Source: Squalus acanthias (Eukaryota). From it: DNA of 64,000 nucleotides. Position 1 is the first letter of the stretch; each line of letters begins with the position of its first letter. The position numbers and the translations under genes were made by a program. Location of the stretch: assembly GCA_030390025.1 (NCBI GenBank), contig JASTWF010000035.1:1364001-1428000 (forward strand), written 5' to 3'. The notes beneath the pieces were generated by a model. That model was not told where the DNA came from. It did no database searches and saw nothing but the letters and a program-made list of their open reading frames with translations. Of the stretch, positions 33,998-44,400 are shown piece after piece.

Positions 33998-35962
33998 AAA
34001 TTAAATAAATCTGTTGGACTATAACCTGGTGTTGTGCGACTTCTGATTTTTGTCCACCCCAGTCCAACGCCGGCATCTCCACATCATCTTGAGAGAGGAC
34101 AGCAACTCCCTGCTCGACCGACACACTGGCACTCCCACGGGGCAGCACTTCAGCATCCGGAGCAATCTGCTGGAGCACAGATTGCTGGCCTGCTGCGGCG
34201 CGGTGACAGCCCCGGGGAAATGTGTACGAACCATCGAGGATGGCAGCAGTCAGTGCTCGCGTGGCCTCAATCTGAGTCTGCATGAGAGCAGTCTGAGACT
34301 GAATTGCAGCACTAAGCTTTAGTGTGGCATCTGCCTGTGCTACAGCGAAGTGCTCCACTCTCCTTGCCAGTGATTCAATGCATTCGGGCACCCTTCCCAC
34401 TGCACCCATGAGCTCAGTGTGCATGTCCACCGCCTGGGTGTTCATTTCAGCGATGAGCCGCTCCTCCTCTGCGTCCAGTGCAGTAGGAGTCGCTGGCATA
34501 CTCTCCCTCCGGGGAGAAGGCCCCCGTTCTTCCCTACCCCCATGGCGTTGCTGCAGCCCGCTGGGTCCTGGAGCTTCACCCTCATCAGATGCTTCCCCCC
34601 TGCTCCCCTCCAGGGAAGGCGTGTTCCCAGTGTGGGCATGGGCTTCCTCGGGAGAGGGTGGCACTGATGCTCCGCCTTCATCTTCCTCCTCGCCTGCAGC
34701 TTCACTCCCAGTGGCAGCTTGAAGGCCCGTCTCCTCAGCTGGTGAATCACCATCTGAAAGCAGGGAGGTACAAGAGTGGCTTTAGCGTGAGGACAGGGTG
34801 GCAGTAAGGGAGGAATAAGTGCAGCGATTTAGTAAGTTGGATTGAAAGTGTCAAAGGCTGGTGTTGTGAGGGACAAGTGGAAGGACAGAGGACAAAAAGG
34901 TGATGACCTTACCATTGCTGTCCAGAACGGGGTTGGCGTCTCCAGTGGCGACGGGACCGATCACCCGGCTTGCCACAATCCTGTGGACGCGCGCCTCAAG
35001 ATCGCTGAGGGGTTGCAGCTGAGGCCGCCCTCCACCTGTCCGTTGCTGCTGTCTCCGATTATGAGATAGCTTGGCCTGCAAGAAAAAGGACGGCGTCTGA
35101 GTAAATATACAGCCATGGTCTTGCCTGATGTGCCTCCCATAGGTGAATAGCCCTTACTGTATGCAGCCATGGTCTTGCCTGATGTGCCTCATATAGGTGA
35201 ATAGCCCTTACTGTATGCAAAGTGTGGAATGTGTGTGTGTGTTTCATGAGAGGGCCATAGGTGTTGGATGAGTGTTGTGCATTGGGGTTTTAAGACCCTC
35301 TGGCCATAGAGTGAGGTTGAGATGGAGGGATGGAGAGGTATTGAAAAAAAGCCACTCACCCTGACGATCCGAGTGAGGTCGTTGAACTTTTTTCGACATT
35401 GTACATGGGTCCTGGGCACCATGCTCCTGCAGGAGACGCTCTGAGCCACCTCCCTCCACACTCTTCTGTACTCGCGCGGCAAAGGCCTCCTGCCACTCTC
35501 AGGGAAGAGTATAGATCTTCTGCGCTCCACCGCGCCAACCAGAGCATCCAAGGCCCGCTCGGTGAAGCGCTGAGCTCGTTCTCTCACCCTCTCCATAGTC
35601 CTTGGCTGGAAGATTTAGGCACAGGTCTCTCCAGGCCGAGATTCAAGGCTCCAATGAGCAGGGTGTGGCTGGATTGCAAGATCGACCCTCCCCTTTAAGA
35701 ACTGTCTGGCGCCAGTGTGTCTGTGTTCCATCGCTAACTGACAGCACCTGCGCTGCGCCCGCGCTCTGAGTTAGCGCCTCGCTCCTCGGCCTTTGCGCCT
35801 TAAGACAGATGTGTAGCGCCTGATTTAGTGCTCCAATCACCTCCAGGGGCGAGAAAAGTCAAGTTTGCAGTCGGAGGTGATAATTAGCACCAGGCGCTAA
35901 TCTTTGCGCCCGGCCGATAATTGCGCCCCAAACGGGGCGATACTGAATTTCTCCCCCTATGT

Positions 35963-37350
35963 TTCTAACCCCTTTTTTGAATTTTTCGTAGTCTTTCTTA
36001 GCCTGCTCCTATCTAATATGATACTACTTCCGCCTCTAATACTACTTTCTTCTCTCGTACTATCCAACACATTCACTCTTTTATGCCCCTTATTCCTCTT
36101 TTCTACTCTTATATGCTGGTGCCCATCCCCCTGCCAAGCTAGTTTAAACCCTTCCCAACAGCACTAGCAAACCTTCCCGCAAGAATATTGGTCCCGGCTC
36201 CTTTGAGGTGTAACCCGTCCGGCTTGTACAGGTCCCACCTTCCCCAGAAATGGTCCCAATGCCTCAGGAATCTAAAGCCCTCCCTCCTGCACCATCTCTC
36301 CAGCCACGCATTCATCTGTTCTATCCTCCTATTCCTGTACTCACTAGCACGTGGCACCGGGAGTAATCCAGAGATTACTACCTTTGAGGTCCTGCTTTTT
36401 AATCTCTTTCCTAGCTCCCTGTAGTCTGCCTGCAGGACCTCATCCCTCTTTCTGCCTATGTTGTTGGTACCGATATGGACAACGACCTCTGGCTGTTCAC
36501 ACTCCCCCCTCAGAGTGTCCTGCAGCCGCTCAGTGACATCCTTGATCCTGGCACCAGGGAAGCAACATACCATCCTGGAGTCACGCCTGCCTCCACAGAA
36601 ACGCCTATCTGTTCCCCTAACCAATGAATCACCTGTCACTATTGCTCTTCCACTCTTCTTCCTCTCACTCCCCCTGTGCAGCTGAGCCACCCGTGGTGCC
36701 GTGGCCTTGGCTCTGGCTGCTCTCCCCAGAGGAACCATCACCCCCACCAGTTTCCAGAACTGTGAACTGGTTAGTGAGCGAGATGCACTCTGGGGATTCC
36801 TGCCCTACCTGCCTGGTCCTCCTTCTCTGTCTGGTGGTCACCCATTCCCTCTCTGCCTGTGCATTCTGAGTCTGCGAGGTGACCACCTCTAGAAACGTGC
36901 TTTCCATGTATTTCTCAGCCTCGCGGATGCACTGTAGTGACTCCAGCTGCTGCTCAAGCTCCGAAACCCAGAGCTCGAATTGCTGCAGTTGGTGACACTT
37001 CCTGCACACGTGGTCGTCCAGGCCACAAGAAGCGTCCAGGATATCCCACATGGCACAGGATGAGCAAATCACTGGACTGAGCTGCCCTGCCATGCCTCTA
37101 TTTACCAGACTATGGAGGTAATTTAGCAGAAATAAACTTAAAACTTAACAAGAAACACTCAACAGCTACCCACCAATCAGCACTTCTCTCTATTTGGTAG
37201 GCTATGAACTATTTAGCAGAAATATACTCAAAACAGAACAAAAAAAAACTTACCACAAATACTCACCCTATACTCACCCGATACTCACCTCTCAGCTCCC
37301 TTGTGTCCGCGACACCTTGAAAATTTGTTTCTTTCTCACGGTTTGTTGCT
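35963..37350 (-). mobile_element. CR1 LINE ORF1 (zinc finger/coiled coil plus SGNH esterase) and proximal 5' UTR
   Basis: CSSC...CRKC; GDSLVR, VHIGTNN, DGLHL; frameshift between ORFs 36665..37093 and 36139..36747. Confidence 0.92.
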
Positions 37351-39150
37351 CAGCCGCTCCGCTCCGCTCCCGCTCTTTGTAAACAGTCGATCCCCTCTCC
37401 GCTCCCGCTCTTTGTAAACAGTCGCTCCACTCTCCGCTCCCGCTCTTTGTAAACAGTCGCTCCGCTCCCGCTCTTTGTAAACAGTCGCTCCGCTCTCCGC
37501 TCCCGCTCTTTGTAAACAGTCGCTCCGCTCTCCGCTCCCGCTCTTTGTAAACAGTCGATCCGCTCTCCGCTCCCGCTCTTTGTAAACAGTCGCTCCGCTC
37601 TCCGCTCCCGCTCTTTGTAAACAGTCGCTCCGCTCTCCGCTCCCGATCTTTGTAAACAGTCGATCCGCTCTCCGCTCCCGATCTTTGTAAACAGTCGCTC
37701 CGCTCTCCTCTCCCGCTCTTTGTAAACAGTCGCTCCGCTCTCTGCTCCCGGTCTTTGTAAACAGTCGATCCGCTCTCTGCTCCCGCTCTTTGTAAACAGT
37801 CGCTCCGCTCTCCGCTCCCGCTCTTTGTAAACAGTCGCTCCGCTCTCTGCTCCCGCTCTTTGTAAACAGTCGCTCCGCTCCCGCTCTTTGTAAACAGTCG
37901 CTCCGCTCCCGGTCTTTGTAAACAGTCGCTCCGCTCTCCGCTCCCGCTCTTTGTAAACAGTCGCTCTGCTCTCCGCTCCCGCTCTTTGTAAACAGTCGCT
38001 CCGCTCCCGCTCTTTGTAAACAGTCGCTCCGCTCTCCGCTCCCGCTCTTTGTAAACAGTCGCTCCGCTCTCCGCTCCCGCTCTTTGTAAACAGTCGCTCC
38101 GCTCCCGCTCTTTGTAAACAGTCGCTCCGCTCTCCGCTCCCGCTCTTTGTAAACAGTCGCTCCGCTCTCCGCTCCCGCTCTTTGTAAACAGTCGCTCCGC
38201 TCCCGCTCTTTGTAAACAGTCTCTCCGCTCCCGCTCTTTGTAAACAGTCGCTCCGCTCTCCGCTCTTTGTAAACAGTCGCTCCGCTCTCCGCTCCCGCTC
38301 TTTGTAAACAGTCGCTCCGCTCCCGGTCTTTGTAAACAGTCGCTCCGCTCTCTGCTCCCGCTCTTTGTAAACAGTCGCTCCGCTCCCGCTCTTTGTAAAC
38401 AGTCGCTCCGCCCTCCGCTCCCGGTCTTTGTAAACAGTCGCTCCGCTCTCCGCTCCCGCTCTTTGTAAACAGTCGCTCCGCTCTCTGCTCCCGCTCTTTG
38501 TAAACAGTCGCTCCGCTCTCCGCTCCCGCTCTTTGTAAACAGTCGCTCCGCTCCCGCTCTTTGCAAACAGTCGCTCTCTGCTCCCGCTCTTTGTAAACAG
38601 TCGCTCCGCTCTCCGCTCCCGCTCTTTGTAAACAGTCGCTCCGCTCCCGGTCTTTGTAAACAGTCGCTCCGCTCTCTGCTCCCGCTCTTTGTAAACAGTC
38701 GCTCCGCTCTCCGCTCCCGCTCTTTGTAAACAGTCGCTCCGCTCCCGCTCTTTGTAAACAGTCGCTCCGCTCCCGGTCTTTGTAAACAGTCGCTCCGCTC
38801 TCCGCTCCCGCTCTTTGTAAACAGTCGCTCCGCTCCCGGTCTTTGTAAACAGTCGCTCCGCTCTCCGCTCCCGCTCTTTGTAAACAGTCGCTCCGCTCTC
38901 TGCTCCCGCTCTTTGTAAACAGTCGCTCCGCTCTCTGCTCCCGCTCTTTGTAAACAGTCGCTCCGCTCTCTGCTCCCGTTCTTTGTAGACAGTCGCTCCG
39001 CTCTCCGCTCCCGCTCTTTGTAAACAGTCGCTCCGCTCTGCTCCCGCTCTCTGTAAACAGTCGCTCCGCTCTGCTCCCGCTCTGTGTAAACAGTCGCTCC
39101 GCTATCTGCTCCCGCGCTTTGTAAACAGTCGCTCCGCTCCGCTCCCACTC
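37350..39150. repeat. 28/35-bp CpG-rich tandem array in the CR1 5' UTR (roughly 55 units)
   Basis: Unit GCTCTTTGTAAACAGTCGCTCCGCTC(TCCGCTC)CC. Confidence 0.95.
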
Positions 39151-39154
39151 TTTC

Positions 39155-40661
39155 TGCTCCAGAACTAGCCGCGCCTCTAGCCAAGCTGTTCCAGTACAGC
39201 TTCAACACTGGCAGCTATCCGACAATGTGGAAAAGCTGCCCAGGTATGTCCTGTCCACAAAAAGCAGGACAAATCCAATCCAGCCAATTACATCCCCATC
39301 AGTCTACTCTCAATCATCAGCAAAGTGATGGAAAATGTCATTGACCGTGCTATCAAGCGGCACTTACTCACCAATAACCTGCTCACTGATGCCCAGTTTG
39401 GGTTCCGCCAAGACCACTTGGCTCCCGACCTCATTACAGACTTGGTCCAAACATGAACAAAGGAGCTGAATTCCAGAAGTGAGGTGAGAGTGACTGCCCT
39501 TGACATCAAGGCAGCATTTGACCGAGTGTGGCATGAAGGAGCCGCAGAAAAACTGAAGTCAATGGGAATCAGGGGGAAAACGCTCCACTGGCTGGAGTCA
39601 TACCTAGCACAAAGGAGGATGGTTGTGGTGGTTGAAAGTCAATCTTCACAGCCCCAGGATATCGCTGCAGGCGTTCCTCAGGGCTGTGTCCTAGGCCCAA
39701 CCATCTTCAGCTGCTTCATCAATGACCTTCCCTCCAACATAAAGTCAGAAATGGGGATGTTCGCTGATGACTGCACAGTGTTCAGTGCCATTCACAACTC
39801 CTCAGATAATGAAGCAGTCCATGCCCGCATGCAATAAGACCTGGATGACGTTCAGGTTTGGGCTGATAAGTGGCAGGTAACATTCGCGCCACACAAGTGC
39901 CAAGCAATGACTATCACCAACAAGCGAGATTCTAACCACCTCCCTTTGACATTCAATGGCATTACCATCGCCGAATCCCTCACCATCAACATTCTGGGGG
40001 TCACCATTGACCAGAAACTTAACTGGACCAGCCACATAAATATTGTGGCAACAAGAGCAGGTCAGAGGCTAGGTATTCTACGGCAAGTGTCTCACCTCCT
40101 GACTCCCCAAAACCTTTCTACCATCTACAAGGCACAAGTAAAGAGTGTGATGGAATCCTCTCCACTTGCCTGGATGAGTGCAGCTGCAACAACACTGAAG
40201 AAGCTCGACACCATCCAGGACAAAGCAGCACATCTACCACCCCATCTACCACCTTAAACATTCACTGCCTCCACCACCAGCATACCGTGCCTGCAGTGTG
40301 TACCATCTACAAGATGCACCACAGCAACTCGCCAAGGCTTCTTCGGCAGCACCTCCCAAACCTGCGACCTCTTCTAGCTAGAAGGACAAGGGCAGCAGGA
40401 GCATGGGAACACCTCTACCTCCAAGTGCACTCAAAGTCACACACCATCCTGACTTAGAAGTATATCGGCTGATCTTTCATCGTCGCTGGGTCAAAATCCT
40501 GGAACTCCCTACCTAACAGCACTGTGGGAGTACCCTCGCCACATGGACTGCAGCAGTTCAAAAAGGCAGCTCACCACCACCTTCTCAAGAGCAATTATGG
40601 ATGGGCAATAAATGCTGGCTTTGCCAGCGACGCCCACATCCCATAAACGAGTGAAAAAAAA
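39155..40661 (+). mobile_element. LINE RT and 3' end; probably the 3' half of the tRNA-headed LINE at 23111-25682
   Basis: APELAAPLAKLFQ, LDIKAAFDRVWH, GVPQG.VLGP, FADD; tail GGGCAATAAATGCTGG...CCCACATCCCA plus oligo-A. Confidence 0.88.
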
Positions 40662-41254
40662 CGTACAAGGCTACGGACCAAGAGCTGGAGAGTGGGATTA
40701 GGCTGGAGAGCTCTTTTTCAGCCGGCACAGACACGATGGGTCGAATGGCCTCCTTCTGTGCCGTAAATTTCTATGTTTCTATGAGGAGAGAGCGAGGGAT
40801 TATAGTGTGTGTTCAATGGGACAGGATGTGCTCGGGAGAGCTATCGAGGGGTTATAGTGTGTTCAATGGGACAGTAGGACAGGGTGCTGATCAGGAGAGA
40901 GAGAGAGGGGTGTGTTCAATGGGACAGTGCGTAAGGATGTGACCAGAAATGAGATTGAGTGGTAATAGTGTATTTTAAATGGAACAGGGTGCTGATCGAA
41001 CGGAGATCTAGGAGTTATAGTGGGTAAATATCTACTTAATTGCAGGTAAAAAGGCAAAGAAGTTTGTGGGTTCCATTGGAAGGGGTACAGTTCTAAAAAG
41101 GCTGTACTGTTGGTGTATAAAGCATTGGTCAGACCCCATCTGAAGACCTGTGAGCGGTTCCATTATCTAATTGCAGGAAGAGTATTACTAGCTGAGCATG
41201 GGCACTACAGTTGGGTATGCTGCAGTCTGAGCAATCTCTCCTCCCTTCTCCTAG

Positions 41255-41414
41255 GTACACCTGACCCGACTACATTGGCAGCTACAATCGTGGTGCCGAT
41301 TTTGACTATGTCGGTTATGACTTACTTAATCACGTGGTTGTTAGTGAAGAAGGGGATTATATGCAGTAAAGCGAGTGCATCATCTCCTGCAACTCAAATG
41401 AGTTGTGATATAAG
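41255..41414 (+). CDS. Host gene transmembrane exon (phase 1 to 2, 160 bp)
   Basis: Acceptor ctctcctcccttctcctAG and donor AG|GTAAGC. Reads GTPDPTTLAATIVVPILTMSVMTYLITWLLVKKGIICSKASASSPATQMSCDIR: an uncharged hydrophobic span followed by KK. Confidence 0.85.
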
Positions 41415-44400
41415 GTAAGCATCACCGGGGGAAAAAGGAGGAATGAGGGCTTCTCCCTACTGCCAGGTCCTGAACCGGACAAAGGGACGGCAAGGAGCTG
41501 GATCAGGAATGTGGCTAAGGGAGGGTCCAGAGTGTGACTGGGGGAGGGTAAGGAGTGTGACTGGGGGAGGGTCAGGAGTGTGACTGGGGGAGGGTCAGGA
41601 GTGTGACTGGGGGAGGGTCAGGAGTGTGAGTGGGGGGAGGGTCAGGAGTGTGAGTGGGGGGAGGGTGAGGAGTGTGACTGGGGGAGGGTCAGGAGTGTGA
41701 CTGGGGGAGGGTCAGGAGTGTGAGTGGGGGAGGGTCCGGAGTGTGACTGGGGGAGGGTCAGGAGTGTGACTGGGGGAGGGTCAGGAGTGGGGGAGGGTCA
41801 GGAGTGTGACTGGGGGAGGGTCAGGAGTGTGACTGGGGGAGAGTCAGGAGTGTGACTGGGGGAGGGTCAGGAGTGCGACTGGGGGAGAGTCAGGAGTGTG
41901 ACGGGGGAGAGTCAGGAGTGTGACTGGGGGAGAGTCAGGAGTGTGACTGGGGGAGGGTCAGGAGTGTGACTGGGGGAGGGTCAGGAGTGCGATGGGGGAG
42001 AGTCAGGAGTGTGACTGGGGGAGGGTCAGGAGTGCGACTGGGGGAGGGTCAGGAGTGTGACTGGGGGAGAGTCAGGAGTGTGACGGGGAGGGTCAGGAGT
42101 GTGACTGGGGGAGGGTCAGCAGTGTGACTGGGGGAGGGTCAGGAGTGTGACTGGGGGAGGGTCAGGTGTGTGGATGGGGGAGGGTCAGGAGTGTGACTGG
42201 GGGAGGGTCAGGAGTGTGACTGTGGGAGGGTCAGGAGTGTGACGGGGGAGGGTCAGGAGTGTGACTGGGGGAGGGTCTGAAGTGGGGGAGGGTCAGGAGT
42301 GTGACTGGGGGAGAGTCAGGAGTGTGACTGGGGGAGGGTCAGGAGTGTGACTGGGGGAGAGTCAGGAGTGTGACTGGGGGAGGGTCAGGAGTGTGACTGG
42401 GGGAGGGTCAGGAGTGTGGATGGGGGAGGGTCAGGAGTGGGGGAGGGTCAGGAGTGTGGATGGGGGAGGGTCAGGAGTGGGGGAGGGTCAGGAGTGTGGA
42501 TGGGGGAGGGTCAGGAGTGGGGGAGGGTCAGGAGTGTGATTGGGGGAGGGTCAGGTGTGTGGATGGGGGAGGGTCAGGTGTGTGGATGGGGGAGGGTCAG
42601 GAGTGTGACTGTGGGAGGGTCAGGAGTGTGACTGGGGGAGGGTCAGGAGTGTGACTGGGGGAGGGTCAGCAGTGTGACTGGGGGAGGGTCAGGAGTGTGA
42701 CTGGGGGAGGGTCAGGAGTGGGGGAGGGTCAGGAGTGTGACTAGGGGAGGGTCAGGAGTGTGAATGGGGGAGGGTCAGGTGTGTGGATGGGGGAGGGTCC
42801 GGAGTGTGACTGGGGGAGGGTCAGGAGTGTGACGGGGGGATGGTCAGGTGTGTGGATGGGGGAGGGTCAGGAGTGTGACTGGGGGAGGGTCAGGAGTGTG
42901 ATTGGGGGAGGGTCCGGAGTGTGAGTGGGGGAGGGTCAGGAGTGTGACTGGGGGAGGGTCAGGAGTGTGACTGGGGGAGAGTCAGGAGTGTGACGGGGGG
43001 AGGGTCAGGAGTGTGACTGGGGGAGGGTCAGGAGTGGGGGAGGGTCTGGAGTGTGATTGGGGGAGGGTCCGGAGTGTGAGTGGGGGAGGGTCAGGAGTGT
43101 GACTGGGGGAGGGTCAGGAGTGTGACTGGGGGAGGGTCAGGAGTGTGACTGGGGGAGGGTCAGGAGTGTGACTGGGGGAGGGTCAGGAGTGTGACTGGGG
43201 GAGGGTCAGGAGTGTGAGTGGGGGAGGGTCAGGAGTGTGACTGGGGGAGGGTCAGGAGTGTGACTGGGGGAGGGTCAGGAGTTTGATTGGGGGAGGGTCA
43301 GGAGTTTGATTGGGGGAGGGTCCGGAGTGTGACTGGGGGAGGGTCAGGAGTGTGACTGGAGGAGGGTCAGGAGTGTGACTGGGGGAGAGTCAGGAGTGTG
43401 ACTGGGGGAGGGTCAGGTGTGTGGATGGGGGAGGGTCAGGTGTGGATGGGGGAGAGTCAGGAGTGTGACTGGGGGAGGGTCAGGAGTGGGGGAGGGTCAG
43501 GAGTGTGACTGGGGGAGGGTCAGGAGTGGGGGAGGGTCAGGAGTGTGACTGGGGGAGGGTCAGGAGTGCGACTGGGGGAGAGTCAGGAGTGTGACGGGGG
43601 AGAGTCAGGAGTGTGACTGGGGGAGAGTCAGGAGTGTGACTGGGGGAGGGTCAGGAGTGTGACTGGGGGAGGGTCAGGAGTGCGACTGGGGGAGAGTCAG
43701 GAGTGTGACTGGGGGAGGGTCAGGAGTGCGACTGGGGGAGGGTCAGGAGTGTGACTGGGGGAGAGTCAGGAGTGTGACGGGGAGGGTCAGGAGTGTGACT
43801 GGGGGAGGGTCAGCAGTGTGACTGGGGGAGGGTCAGGAGTGTGACTGGGGGAGGGTCAGGTGTGTGGATGGGGGAGGGTCAGGAGTGTGACTGGGGGAGG
43901 GTCAGGAGTGTGACTGGGGGAGGGTCAGGAGTGTGACGGGGGAGGGTCAGGAGTGTGACTGGGGGAGGGTCTGAAGTGGGGGAGGGTCAGGAGTGTGACT
44001 GGGGGAGAGTCAGGAGTGTGACTGGGGGAGGGTCAGGAGTGTGACTGGGGGAGAGTCAGGAGTGTGACTGGGGGAGGGTCAGGAGTGTGACTGGGGGAGG
44101 GTCAGGAGTGTGGATGGGGGAGGGTCAGGAGTGGGGGAGGGTCAGGAGTGTGGATGGGGGAGGGTCAGGAGTGGGGGAGGGTCAGGAGTGTGGATGGGGG
44201 AGGGTCAGGAGTGGGGGAGGGTCAGGAGTGTGATTGGGGGAGGGTCAGGTGTGTGGATGGGGGAGGGTCAGGTGTGTGGATGGGGGAGGGTCAGGAGTGT
44301 GACTGTGGGAGGGTCAGCAGTGTGACTGGGGGAGGGTCAGGAGTGTGACTGGGGGAGGGTCAGCAGTGTGACTGGGGGAGGGTCAGGAGTGTGACTGGGG

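Larger units (their letters stand above)
31094..34083 (-). mobile_element. Penelope-like element with an inverted, 5'-truncated second copy
   Basis: 14-bp TSD TCATCTTGAGAGAG (31080-31093 and 34084-34097); - strand copy 31094-33093 and + strand copy 33103-34083. Confidence 0.95.
30794..35596 (-). pseudogene. Harbinger Myb/SANT-like DNA-binding protein, 3 exons (35596-35360; 35075-34913; 34753-34098 joined to 31093-30794), 451 aa after removing Penelope
   Basis: RF...L..LV..V, W..VA..V, RT..QCRKKFNDL motif. GT-AG introns of phase 0 and 1. Frame is fully open once the Penelope and one TSD copy are excised. Confidence 0.88.
28827..35957. mobile_element. Full-length PIF/Harbinger DNA transposon with nested Penelope
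   Basis: 15-bp TIR GGGGGAAAAATTCAG / CTGAATTTCTCCCCC (1 mismatch), 3-bp TSD TAT (28824-28826 and 35958-35960), convergent transposase and Myb/SANT genes. Confidence 0.95.

Noticed and set aside
37292..39208. 638-aa ORF as a real protein
   Set aside because: It is a translation of a stop-free 28/35-bp tandem array, with frames cycling as unit length changes.
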